64,000 nucleotides of DNA. Source: Eukaryota sp. TZLM1-RC (lineage: Eukaryota; Protista; Metamonada: BaSk clade). The stretch spans positions 5,547,784 through 5,611,783 of the forward strand of contig JAUPSS010000004.1 in the NCBI GenBank assembly GCA_040285825.1. The letters run 5' to 3'. Positions 1-11,429 of the stretch are shown here, piece by piece. Every line of letters starts with the position of its first letter. The stretch's first letter is position 1. A program made the position numbers and the translations under genes. Below the pieces are notes generated by a model, which was not told the origin of the DNA, did not search any database, and saw only the letters and a program-made list of their open reading frames with translations.

Positions 1-470
1 TTGAGAACTCTGAAGCTGTTGTTGACTTTGTCTCATGTAATGTTGCAAATTGCACTTTGGCTCAAAAGAAGAAAACTTAATCCTGTAAGCGCTTTTGAAT
101 TTAAAGCATAGAAAATATGACAAAGATATCGAAAAAGCTAATGCTAGTAGAAATAGATCATTTGTTTTATTGATTTTCCATTTTCGATAAACGGAAGACT
201 ATCATTAAAAGCAGAAACTATTGTAAATGACTACCAAAAAATGGTTCAAGAAAAAACAATGAAAAGATTTGATGACTTTTTATGGCGTTCACGGATTCCA
301 TTTGCCATTGCTAACAGATTACCTCGGTTTTTCAATCAAATTAGAGAAGCTTTAGCTAGACAGTAAGCAGTTCAAGATTTTGAAGAGGAAATCTTGGTTC
401 AATGATAGTCGTCCCATAAGTATTGAGTTTATTGCGTCAAGTGTGTAAGTTTGATAAAAGTTAACAGGTA
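1..470 (+). mobile_element. Degenerate 3' end of an RLE-type non-LTR retrotransposon (family A), running off the window start
   Basis: Clearly homologous to the reverse complement of 753-1225 (AVVDFVSCNVAN...KYDKDIE...FSINGRLS...LWRSRI) but frameshifted; shares the 3' end ...gtcgtcccat(a/t)agtattgagtt. Confidence 0.75.
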
Positions 471-752
471 AAACAATTTAAACACCAACACACACACTAA
501 TTACCTTCTTTGTTCTGTTACATTCTCCTTAATCACAAACTTGGGCAACTTTGGTTCATCTGCTGTAAAAAACTTCTCTATAATTAAGTAAAGCAGAACA
601 AGAAGATGTTTTGACTGAACTTTGTGGCAAAATAGCATTGTAGGCTCTATATTCAAGAGAATGTTCGTTATTATCATTTAGAAATTTTTGTGAAGAACAG
701 GTTGCGGGAAAGTTTTCGATAGCAGATGAAATGCATTTTTGGTTTAAAAATT

Positions 753-1549
753 AGTATTTAATGAATTTGCACACTTAATTAAATTAACTCAATACTAATG
801 GGACGACTTTTATTGAACCAAGATTTCCTCTACAAAATCTTGATCTGCTTACTGTCTAGCTAAAGCTTCTCTAATTTGATTGAAAAACCGTGATAATCTA
901 TTAATAATGGCAAATTGAATCCGTGAACGCCATAAAAATATATCAAATCTTTTCATTGTTTTTTCTTGCACCATTTTTTGGAAGTCATCCAAAAAAGTTT
1001 CTGCTTCAACTGATAATCTTCCATTTATCGAAAATGGGAAAGCAATAAAAACCAGCTGTGTATTTCTATCGACATTAGCCTCTTCAATATCTTTATCATA
1101 TTTTCTATGTTTCTCTTTTGCTTTAAAATCCAGAGCAGCCACAGGATTAAGTATTCTGCTTTGAACCAAAGTGTCATTTGCAGCATTACATGAGACAAAG
1201 TCAACAATAGCTTCAGAATTATCAATTTAATCACAGTATACATCACCTCTATCATCAGAACCAAAATTATTCAGAGAAAGTGTTTCCTTCAGCAGGGGCT
1301 CTTTGATACACGATATCCTTGCAGTTTGTGCCATATTGAAAACAGTGTCTCTAACAGCATCATGTAATAAAGAACGATAAGTTATCAATTTAGAGCAATT
1401 TAGAGCATGGCGCAAAGTGAGTTGGGGTGAATTCGAACAAATACATTTTTCTTTTGATAATAATTGATTAACGGGGATATTCAAATATAATCTCATTTTT
1501 GTTACAAATGCTTCATTAGTGGCACACAATCCAAATCTTCGTGGTACAA
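753..1549 (-). mobile_element. 5'-truncated RLE-type (CRE/SLACS-like) non-LTR retrotransposon, family A, with a 13-bp target-site duplication (TSD)
   Basis: ORF pieces 1227-1529 and 849-1169 give a C-x-C...H-x3-C knuckle, LHDAVRD, RGD, VDF, K..KY and F.FS..G, the RLE endonuclease layout; tggtttaaaaatt is duplicated at 740-752 and 1550-1562; in-frame TAA at 1227. Confidence 0.8.
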
Positions 1550-1621
1550 TGGTTTAAAAATTCATTTTGGAAAATAAAAAACCGTTTCAAACAACATTTT
1601 CTTGACAATCAAACCTTTATC

Positions 1622-4600
1622 ATGCAACATCTTGAGGCGATCAAGGACGCTGTCAATGATCTCCAACAGTCCTCTCATTCCACCATCTCCAACAACAACC
1701 CTTCTGTTCATGACCTGGTGGACCATATAGTTTTCTTCCTGGAGACTGGACTTCGTGACAAGTCAGGCATCCTGTCTACTAAACCTTCTGCTTACTCATT
1801 TCTTGAATGTCTGGTCAATAAAAACATCAACCCTAAAGCTAAGGAAGACTTTCTATATCTTTCCACCCTTGTTAACGTTAAAACTACCACCGGAAAAGCC
1901 CGTGCTTGGGTACGTTACGCCCTCAACTATCAATCCTTAGAAGCCGATCTCTTTGCACTTTTCACCTCATCCCACGTTCCTTCCTTCTACCTTCCTTCTG
2001 CTGCCATGTCTTCATCAGAGTTACGTCAGCTGTTCCTCTCTTATCTTCCCCCTTTGGGTTCACTGCAGTTTGAACTACCCCTCGATGATGCTATACTGGA
2101 TTCCCCCAGGTCTATTCCTGCAGAGGTCCTTGCAGAAGTGACAAAGACTGTGAGAAGTACAAGAAGAAGAGCAAAGAAGGTTAATCTTGACGGCAATGAT
2201 CATAAAGCTATTCCTACTATTGAGGAAGTTGCCGAAAGAGAATTTGAGAAAGCTCAAAATGAATCAGGCAGTGTCAAAAATGATGACGTGGATGAACCTG
2301 CAGCTCAAAATGAATCAGACAGTGTCAAAAATGATGACGTGGATGAACCTGCAGCTCAAAATGAATCAGACAGTGTCAAAAATGATGACGTGGATGAACC
2401 TGCAGCTCAAAATGAATCAGACAGTGTGAAAAATGATGACGTGGATGAACCAGTAGCTCAAAATGAGTCAGAAAGTGTCAAAAATGATGACGTGGATGAA
2501 CCAGTAGCTCAAAATGAGTCAGAAAGTGTCAAAAATGATGACGTGGATGAACCAGTAGCTCAAAATGAATCAGACAGTGTCAAAAATGATGACGTGGATG
2601 AACCAGTAGCTCAAAATGAATCAGACAGTGTCAAAAATGATGACGTGGATGAACCAGTAGCTCAAAAATGAATCAGACAGTGTCAAAAATGATGACGTGG
2701 ATGAACCAGTAGCTCAAAATGAATCAGACAGTGTCAAAAATGATGACGTGGATGAACCAGTAGCTCAAAATGAATCAGACAGTGTCAAAAATGATGACGT
2801 GGATGAACCAGTAGCTCAAAATGAGTCAGAAAGTGTCAAAAATGATGACGTGGATGAACCTGCAGCTCAAAATGAATCAGACAGTGTCAAAAATGATGAC
2901 GTGGATGAACCTGCAGCTCAAAATGAATCAGACAGTGTGAAAAATGATGACGTGGATGAACCAGTAGCTCAAAATGAGTCAGAAAGTGTCAAAAATGATG
3001 ACGTGGATGAACCAGTAGCTCAAAATGAGTCAGAAAGTGTGAAAAATGATGACGTGGATGAACCTGCAGCTCAAAATGAATCAGACAGTGTCAAAAATGA
3101 TGACGTGGATGAACCAGTAGCTCAAAATGAGTCAGAAAGTGTCAAAAATGATGACGTGGATGAACCTGCAGCTCAAAATGAATCAGACAGTGTCAAAAAT
3201 GATGACGTGGATGAACCTGCAGCTCAAAATGAATCAGACAGTGTGAAAAATGATGACGTGGATGAACCAGTAGCTCAAAATGAGTCAGAAAGTGTCAAAA
3301 ATGATGACGTGGATGAACCTGCAGCTCAAAATGAATCAGACAGTGTGAAAAATGATGACGTGGATGAACCAGTAGCTCAAAATGAGTCAGAAAGTGTCAA
3401 AAATGATGACGTGGATGAACCAGTAGCTCAAAATGAGTCAGAAAGTGTCAAAAATGATGACGTGGATGAACCTGCAGCTCAAAATGAATCAGACAGTGTC
3501 AAAAATGATGACGTGGATGAACCAGTAGCTCAAAATGAATCAGACAGTGTCAAAAATGATGACGTGGATGAACCAGTAGCTCAAAATGAATCAGACAGTG
3601 TCAAAAATGATGACGTGGATGAACCAGTAGCTAAAAATGAATCAGACAGTGTCAAAAATGATGACGTGGATGAACCAGTAGCTCAAAATGAATCAGACAG
3701 TGTCAAAAATGATGACGTGGATGAACCAGTAGCTCAAAATGAATCAGACAGTGTCAAAAATGATGACGTGGATGAACCAGTAGCTCAAAATGAGTCAGAA
3801 AGTGTCAAAAATGATGACGTGGATGAACCTGCAGCTCAAAATGAATCAGACAGTGTCAAAAATGATGACGTGGATGAACCTGCAGCTCAAAATGAATCAG
3901 ACAGTGTGAAAAATGATGACGTGGATGAACCAGTAGCTCAAAATGAGTCAGAAAGTGTCAAAAATGATGACGTGGATGAACCAGTAGCTCAAAATGAGTC
4001 AGAAAGTGTGAAAAATGATGACGTGGATGAACCTGCAGCTCAAAATGAATCAGACAGTGTCAAAAATGATGACGTGGATGAACCAGTAGCTCAAAATGAG
4101 TCAGAAAGTGTCAAAAATGATGACGTGGATGAACCTGCAGCTCAAAATGAATCAGACAGTGTCAAAAATGATGACGTGGATGAACCTGCAGCTCAAAATG
4201 AATCAGACAGTGTGAAAAATGATGACGTGGATGAACCAGTAGCTCAAAATGAGTCAGAAAGTGTCAAAAATGATGACGTGGATGAACCAGTAGCTCAAAA
4301 TGAGTCAGAAAGTGTGAAAAATGATGACGTGGATGAACCTGCAGCTCAAAATGAATCAGACAGTGTCAAAAATGATGACGTGGATGAACCAGTAGCTCAA
4401 AATGAGTCAGAAAGTGTCAAAAATGATGACGTGGATGAACCTGCAGCTCAAAATGAGTCAGAAAGTGTCAAAAATGATGACGTGGATGAACCAGTAGCTC
4501 AAAATGAATCAGACAGTGTCAAAAATGATGACGTGGATGAACCAGTAGCTCAAAATGAGTCAGACAGTGAAGCCTCCACGGTAGAACTCAATGAAAATCT

Positions 4601-5480
4601 TGAACGGCAAAACCAACAACTTCAGCGTGAATTACGTGATGCAAAGGCAACCATTCAGAGGCTACGTCGACTTTCAAATGCTAATGATGCTGATTTTGAC
4701 CGGTCAAATATCTTTAAAGAACGTGATTCTATTCATTCCGCCAAAACCATGCTTCGTTTGGCGCCACCAGTCCTTAAACCGCCTTTGAAGCACCATGTAT
4801 CCAAATGTGCCAACTCAAACTGTTCTCAAATACTTATCAATAATTCAAAGCAACATTCTAGGTATTGTTATTACTATGAGAATTGGTTTTGCAAACATTG
4901 TCATTTGAATGAACTTGCTGTAATCCCTTCGTGGTTAGTCTATAGGTTTGATTGCAAACCAAAACCCATTTGTACAAAGGCTCTAGATTATCTCGAATCT
5001 GTTTTGGACGTTCCTCTTGTTCCAATTCCAATGTTAATTCCACTGGCTAATTATTCGGTGCAGTTGACTAGGATCATTAATTTAAAATTTCAATTATCGA
5101 GAATAAGACCATTCATTCTCACCTGCAGGGAATCAGAAAACTTACTTTGTTACCTAGGTGAGTATGTTTCAATACTGGAAACTAATAATTTATCTTTAAA
5201 ACATATCTTGGAAAGTTTAACTGGAAATTTAATTGATTTTCTGCTGAGCGTAACTGAAAAATACGTTCAGCACATTACCAAGCATTGTGATTTATGCTCA
5301 CAAAAGGGTTTTTACTGTGAATTGTGCAAAAGTAGGACTATATGTTACTCCTTTATGATTGCCACTGTAGAGCAGTGTTCTAGATGTTATTCCTTTTATC
5401 ATAAGAAGTGTTTTGCCAAGTTGGACGGGGAACCTTGTCCGAAGTGCATCAGAATGAAGTTTCGAATGCTCAATTCGTGA
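1622..5480 (+). CDS. RUN-domain plus Rubicon-homology (PLEKHM1/Rubicon/DEF8-like) protein with a long acidic 15-aa repeat; one +1 A frameshift at ~2664
   Basis: N-terminal RUN motif (GKARAWVRYALN, FYLPSAAM); C-terminal RH domain (RYCYYYENWFCKHCH...IP...CDLCSQKGFYCELC...CSRC...H..CF...CPKC); ORFs 1541-2671 and 2697-5480 join if one A of ctcaaaaatg is removed. Confidence 0.8.
2251..4569 (+). repeat. Coding minisatellite, 45-bp unit, ~51 copies (AQNES[D/E]SVKNDDVDEP[A/V])
   Basis: Directly visible tandem repeat with a few recurring variants. Confidence 0.97.
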
Positions 5481-6581
5481 GCTTTTTTTGTTGATTCTAG
5501 TCTTTGTAATTTTATCTTGTTTATTATTTATTGATTTTATAGATTTTATAAATGTAGTTATTTTCTACTCTCCTTACATATTTGCAATAATCAACATTAA
5601 ACCCAGTGAGGAGATGTCTTGTAAACGAGCATCGTAATTGCTGTGCTTTCTTATGATAGTATCGGACAGACCTACCGAAAAGGAAAGGGAAAAGAGACAA
5701 TGTGCCTAGACAATGAGAGAATGTGCAAAACACATTCTTATACGAGTGCCACGTCATCACGGAAAACATGAAAAATCCACCACTGTATGCCCTAGCGGCA
5801 GCACGAAATAGGCCAAATCATTGTTGAACTATGATCCGTGGATCCTCTTTTTAGCCCAAGTACAATGTATTTGTATTTCACAATGACTACCATTATTACT
5901 GTGAGAATTTCTTTTGAACAAGTTCAAAGATTAATCATAATTAAATTGTGAATAAATCATTTTATTTCAACCCGTTTTTATTGACACAAAACTTATCAAT
6001 GGGAAAACCAAATGGATGACTATGTAATGAAAGATATTGATAAAACGTTTTATTAATAACAGAAAACTAATATCCATATTGAGAATTCAACGTGAAAACT
6101 GAGCATGTAACAATTTTTAGTCATCGTCACTGGTGATTCTATCATTCTACATCATCTACAACTTCAGCAATTTGAAACGAGCCAATTTGTTGCATGAAGG
6201 GTACAACGGAGAAAGAAACGACAGCGAAGGAGAAATGAAAGCAGGCATAGATGGAGGTATAAAAGACGTGAAGAAAGTGATGGGGGAAGAAACACCTGCT
6301 TGGAGAAGTAGAGTACTGAGAGATGAGGAAATCTCACTATTAGGCAACGGTAGAAGCTAAGCATCCAACCGGAATTCTTCAATAGCGACTTCAGACAATG
6401 GCTTTGTAAAAGAACCTTCTTATCTTAAAACAGAGAGTCTGTCGTTGATCTTCTGCACAGTTCTTTTTTTCTGCAGTTTATTGATGTCCATGTTGAAGGA
6501 AGAATCAGAGAAGAAAAATAATGAATAATTTGACAATGAATGAGAAAAATTGTTTTAATTCACAATTGACATCCTGCAATT

Positions 6582-8529
6582 AGATGCGGATCCCATTCCG
6601 AATTCCGAAGTTAAGCGGCCACAGGCCTGGTCAGTAGTTGGGTGGGAGACCACCAGCGAACACTGGGTGCTGCATCCTTTTGATATTTGGTTGCCTGACA
6701 ATTATTGTTTTTAATTCTCTGCTTAGTTAAGACAGCAGTGCTTCAATGCGACATCATTTTTTTAAAGAATTACAAATGTATTATAATCTAATTTTGTAAA
6801 AACAGAATCATTTCTGACATTAATTCAAATATGAGTTTTTATTAATAAAATCTAATGATTCAATAGAAAGTCAAGATTTTAATAAATTTTGTTAAGTTTG
6901 TGATCATTTAATGTTTACATTTGCAACTATCGCTTTACTATTGGATGCGGCCATACTTGGTCTATAGCACCGGATCCCATTCCGAATTCCGAAGTTAAGC
7001 GGCCACAGGCCTGGTCAGTAGTTGGGTGGGAGACCACCAGCGAACACTGGGTGCTGCATCCTTTTGATATTTGGTTGCCTGACAATTATTGTTTTTAATT
7101 ATCTGCTTAGTTAAGGCAGCAATGCTTCAATGCGACATCATATTTTTAAAGAATTACAAATGTATTATAATCTAATTTTGTAAAAACAGAATCATTTCTG
7201 ACATTAATTCAAATATGAGTTTTTATTAATAAAATCTAATGATTCAATAGAAAGTCAAGATTTAAATAAATTTTGTAAAGTTTGTGATCATTTAATGTTT
7301 ACATTTGCAACTATCACTTTACTATTGGATGCGGCCATACTTGGTCTATAGCACCGGATCCCATTCCGAATTCCGAAGTTAAGCGGCCACAGGCCTGGTC
7401 AGTAGTTGGGTGGGAGACCACCAGCGAACACTGGGTGCTGCATCCTTTTGATATTTGGTTGCCTGACAATTATTGTTTTTAATTATCTGCTTAGTTAAGG
7501 CAGCAATGCTTCAATGCGACATCATTTTTTTAAAGAATTACAAATGTATTATAATCTAATTTTGTAAAAACAGAATCATTTCTGACATTAATTCAAATAT
7601 GAGTTTTTATTAATAAAATCTAATGATTCAATAGAAAGTCAAGATTTTAATAAATTTTGTTAAGTTTGTGATCATTTAATGTTTACATTTGCAACTATCG
7701 GTTTACTATTGGATGCGGCCATACTTGGTCTATAGCACCGGATCCCATTCCGAATTCCGAAGTTAAGCGGCCACAGGCCTGGTCAGTAGTTGGGTGGGAG
7801 ACCACCAGCGAACACTGGGTGCTGCATCCTTTTGATATTTGGTTGCCTGACAATTATTGTTTTTAATTATCTGCTTAGTTAAGGCAGCAATGCTTCAATG
7901 CGACATCATTTTTTTAAAGAATTACAAATGTATTATAATCTAATTTTGTAAAAACAGAATCATTTCTGACATTAATTCAAATATGAGTTTTTATTAATAA
8001 AATCTAATGATTCAATAGAAAGTCAAGATTTAAATAAATTTTGTAAAGTTTGTGATCATTTAATGTTTACATTTGCAACTATCGCTTTACTATTGGATGC
8101 GGCCATACTTGGTCTATAGCACCGGATCCCATTCCGAATTCCGAAGTTAAGCGGCCACAGGCCTGGTCAGTAGTTGGGTGGGAGACCACCAGCGAACACT
8201 GGGTGCTGCATCCTTTTGATATTTGGTTGCCTGACAATTATTGTTTTTAATTATCTGCTTAGTTAAGGCAGCAATGCTTCAATGCGACATCATTTTTTTA
8301 AAGAATTACAAATGTATTATAATCTAATTTTGTAAAAACAGAATCATTTCTGACATTAATTCAAATATGAGTTTTTATTAATAAAATCTAATGATTCAAT
8401 AGAAAGTCAAGATTTAAATAAATTTTGTAAAGTTTGTGATCATTTAATGTTTACATTTGCAACTATCGCTTTACTATTGGATGCGGCCATACTTGGTCTA
8501 TAGCACCGGATCCCATTCCGAAGTTAAGC
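6582..8529 (+). rRNA. Small 5S rDNA tandem array: 4 complete genes (starting 6943, 7327, 7711, 8095) and 2 defective edge copies; 384-bp unit
   Basis: ~120-nt GGATGCGGCCATAC...GCTGCATCC with complementary termini, conserved 5S motifs (GATCCCAT.CGAA, GAAGTTAAGC, GGGAGACC) and a following oligo-T Pol III terminator. Confidence 0.95.
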
Positions 8530-8644
8530 TAAATAGTGATCAACGAACAAAATTCAAATCTACCTATACAAACACCAATTTGTAAGGTTGACTTTAGCAA
8601 TTATATAAAGAAATTCTTCAGTTAATTGAACAATTAGCCTAGCC

Positions 8645-10714
8645 TTATTTGAAAAAATCATCATCATCAAGATCAAAGAGGGAAGCATTGGCATCACAGA
8701 GATTGAAATCAGAAACAGTTTGATTACAACCCTCATCCCCATCATCCATCGTGTGATTGATGACGTCATCAGAGTTGTCCACATCGTCTATGACAGAACT
8801 GTGCTTCCCCTCTGTCGTATGGACTAACGAATCTGTTGACGGTAGGGACGTTGCCTTTTTGTGGTCCAATAATGATTTGACCATTGAAGAAAACACGTTT
8901 GCACACGTTTCCGCTTGTTTTTGAGTCAGATTAGTAGTACTAAAAGCTTTTAGAAGAGGTGGTAAACAACAATGCCCAATGAAAACCTTATCGATATGGA
9001 AGTTCTGGCAAATCGTATCTATTGTGACGATCAAACTAACAATCAAATGATTGGGGAGATCATCATTACAAAGGTTCATTAATGAAGGTATAATCGATTC
9101 TTTCAAATTACACTGATCAAGACAATTCAACTTTGTTAACAACAATAAAGATGCTGATTTAACATCAAAATTCAAATTATGATGAATTAAATCAACCAAA
9201 TTTGGAACCAATTGTGAAACTATTAAAGAATTTGGCAAAAAAGACACCATTTCGAATAAAAACTGAATGACAGATAATTGCCCAATTGTCAACACTTTGA
9301 ATAGAAAAGGAAAAAACAAAGTCGACAAAAGCTCTGCATCGTAAAGTTTAAGGCCTTCTATTAATAGACTACATCGTTTACATAGAAATTCTGCTAAAAT
9401 TTTATGATTTGATTCGGTGAGCTCTTCTCTTGTCAGAGTAACAACTAATTGTAATAAACAGGGTAAAACATGTTCAGAAAATTCAGATATATCCAAAAAA
9501 TCTGCTAATGAAAGACAAAGAGATAGAAGGTAAACAGTGTGATCAGTAATTTCGGCATTTTGATATTGTTCTAATGGTGATTTTTTCTTTTTCTTTTTCA
9601 ATTTTTTCTTTGATTTAATTTCCTGGTAGCCATATTTGTACATTAATTCAACAATTAAACTACACAGTCCTCTTCTAATGAATTTTTCATCAAAATTTCT
9701 AAAGATAGAAAAGAGCTCAGAGAGATCAGAATTGAGCTGAGAGGTGTCAGAGCTGTCGAAATAATGCCTCAATCTCAGAAGCAACTGAATTCTTCCTGAT
9801 TTAAAACAAGAAAACTCCAAAATTTCGCTCAAATCAATCCTCTTTCGATAATCCCGCTCAAAACAACGGCTCAAAATTTCAAACAGAGGGTCAGAATTAG
9901 AAAGACTTTTACAGACTTGGCCTATGCTTGATAGACGGCTAGCATATTGATTATACAACATTACGTTACATTGACAAGACTCCAACCCTTCTAGTTGGAC
10001 AGAAAGAGAGGGAAAAGGAGTTAGGTTAACAAAATTAGGCAAAACGTGAGCTAATAAAACCCCTATTTGCCATGATGACGTAACTGATGACGTGGCATTT
10101 TGAGCTGATGACGTCATCTCAGGGGGAAGTGAATCTAAAGGAGGAAAGGGGTAAATGTTGTTAATAGTCGAATAAGATAAGTCAAAAACACTATTTTCAG
10201 TAATTTCATCATTAAGAAAAGAAAAATTCCCCAATTTAAAAGAAAAATCAGCAGAAATAAAAATATTATCCACGTCAACAGCCAAATGAAATTTATTAAT
10301 TTTGTCCAAGTGTATTAGCCCTTGAATTAAGGAGGCTAAACCGAGTAAATATTCAATACGACAAAGATGACCATCAAAAGAGTTTAAAGAGCCAACAACA
10401 CGCTCTATTGGAAGAATGATGGAGTGACGAGACTCTGTATGATGTGAAAAAGCCTTGATGAAAGAGAAGTGCCTATGGGTTGAGATAAATGAGAAATCTT
10501 TGGTAATGAATGGAATGATTTGTTTAAGTTGCTTACGTGAGAAGGGTCTTTTATCGAAGATGAGTAGGCTACATGGGGTGTTTGTGGCTTTTTGTGTAGC
10601 TGAAGCGATCAAAATTAAGTTGCAAAAGCCATACTTGCCAATGATGGTATCAATAGAGTACTTCTTCAGTAGAGAATTGGACGTATCAGTAAAAGTAGAA
10701 GGAATGTGACTCAT
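8645..10714 (-). CDS. SCY1-like (SCYL2-type) pseudokinase with helical/HEAT repeats
   Basis: Kinase-like N-terminus (ASATQKATNTPCSLLIFDKR, HLAVDVDNIFI...FKLGNF) lacking canonical catalytic motifs; Leu-rich helical C-terminal half; acidic tail; probable start MSHIPS at 10714. Confidence 0.65.
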   Translation of the reverse strand: MSHIPSTFTDTSNSLLKKYSIDTIIGKYGFCNLILIASATQKATNTPCSLLIFDKRPFSRKQLKQIIPFITKDFSFISTHRHFSFIKAFSHHTESRHSIILPIERVVGSLNSFDGHLCRIEYLLGLASLIQGLIHLDKINKFHLAVDVDNIFISADFSFKLGNFSFLNDEITENSVFDLSYSTINNIYPFPPLDSLPPEMTSSAQNATSSVTSSWQIGVLLAHVLPNFVNLTPFPSLSVQLEGLESCQCNVMLYNQYASRLSSIGQVCKSLSNSDPLFEILSRCFERDYRKRIDLSEILEFSCFKSGRIQLLLRLRHYFDSSDTSQLNSDLSELFSIFRNFDEKFIRRGLCSLIVELMYKYGYQEIKSKKKLKKKKKKSPLEQYQNAEITDHTVYLLSLCLSLADFLDISEFSEHVLPCLLQLVVTLTREELTESNHKILAEFLCKRCSLLIEGLKLYDAELLSTLFFPFLFKVLTIGQLSVIQFLFEMVSFLPNSLIVSQLVPNLVDLIHHNLNFDVKSASLLLLTKLNCLDQCNLKESIIPSLMNLCNDDLPNHLIVSLIVTIDTICQNFHIDKVFIGHCCLPPLLKAFSTTNLTQKQAETCANVFSSMVKSLLDHKKATSLPSTDSLVHTTEGKHSSVIDDVDNSDDVINHTMDDGDEGCNQTVSDFNLCDANASLFDLDDDDFFK

Positions 10715-11032
10715 GATGAGTGTATAATGGAGAAGGCTAATGGATTGCAGTCTGTTACAATGCTTTAAATACTGACCCACATCATCTTGTTTACTTAATT
10801 TCTTCTTGTGTTTCTCCCTAGATGATGTTTAACTATTCAAAATGGGGTCATCTGCTAAATCCGAAAATCAAGTGTATGGCCATTCTGTTTGAAAGGTCTT
10901 CTTTAATCATCTAAAATAACGAGACCTTGGTTTCTAGTGAATTAAACAAATTGAAATCGCAAGTCGGACATATCTGATGTTTTCTTATTCTTTTGAGACG
11001 TTGAAAAAGAACTTCGTATTTTGATGTTTTGT

Positions 11033-11135
11033 CAGCAAGCAGTTTATGATTATGGAGAGTAAAACTTAGTTCAATGAATTTCGTCCCATTAGTTATGAGT
11101 TTATTTTGTTAATTGTGCAAGTTCAATAAACAGAA
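11033..11135 (+). mobile_element. ~100-bp 3' terminal fragment of RLE family A
   Basis: cagcaagcagtt...gttcaatga..tcgtcccattagt..gagtttatt matches 361-460. Confidence 0.6.
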
Positions 11136-11157
11136 TTTTTTGTCATATTTTTGTCAT

Positions 11158-11329
11158 ATTTTTTAAATATATTTATTTAATAGAATACTTATAAATCAAC
11201 CTTTTAATAATCCAGCTCTCCCAAAACAAAACAACTAGCTGCAAGTCTCTCATAGGGAGACCCAAGAGAAAGCAAAGCATCAGAAACCATCTCCAAGATC
11301 CCCTTAAAAATAGAAAACACAATTCTATT
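11158..11329 (-). mobile_element. ~170-bp LINE 3'-end element (family C) with a probable TSD tttttgtcat
   Basis: Close match to the insertion at 34265-34434; A-rich tail; tttttgtcat at 11148-11157 and 11330-11339. Confidence 0.75.
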
Positions 11330-11429
11330 TTTTTGTCATTAAAACCAAATAAATTTTTGATTAGAACTTCTCGTTACTACGTCTACTACTCAACTTTTGC
11401 TTTCCTTCCTTGGTATCTATAGAGATTAC

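Noticed and set aside
361-405. Alternative genetic code (TAA=Gln), suggested by a TAA shared by two family A copies where a third has CAA
   Set aside because: Host genes terminate in TAA or TAG, and long conserved ORFs contain no in-frame TAR codons.
2251-4569. CRISPR-like array
   Set aside because: No unique spacers; it is an in-frame coding minisatellite in a eukaryotic gene. The 5S arrays likewise have constant spacers.
5524-6500. Short ORFs (5524-5769, 6133-6382)
   Set aside because: No recognisable domains; at most gene relics.
7063-7326. Spliced-leader RNA or snRNA hidden in the 5S spacer
   Set aside because: Only a small hairpin and AATTTTG runs in very AT-rich DNA; no convincing splice donor plus Sm-site structure.
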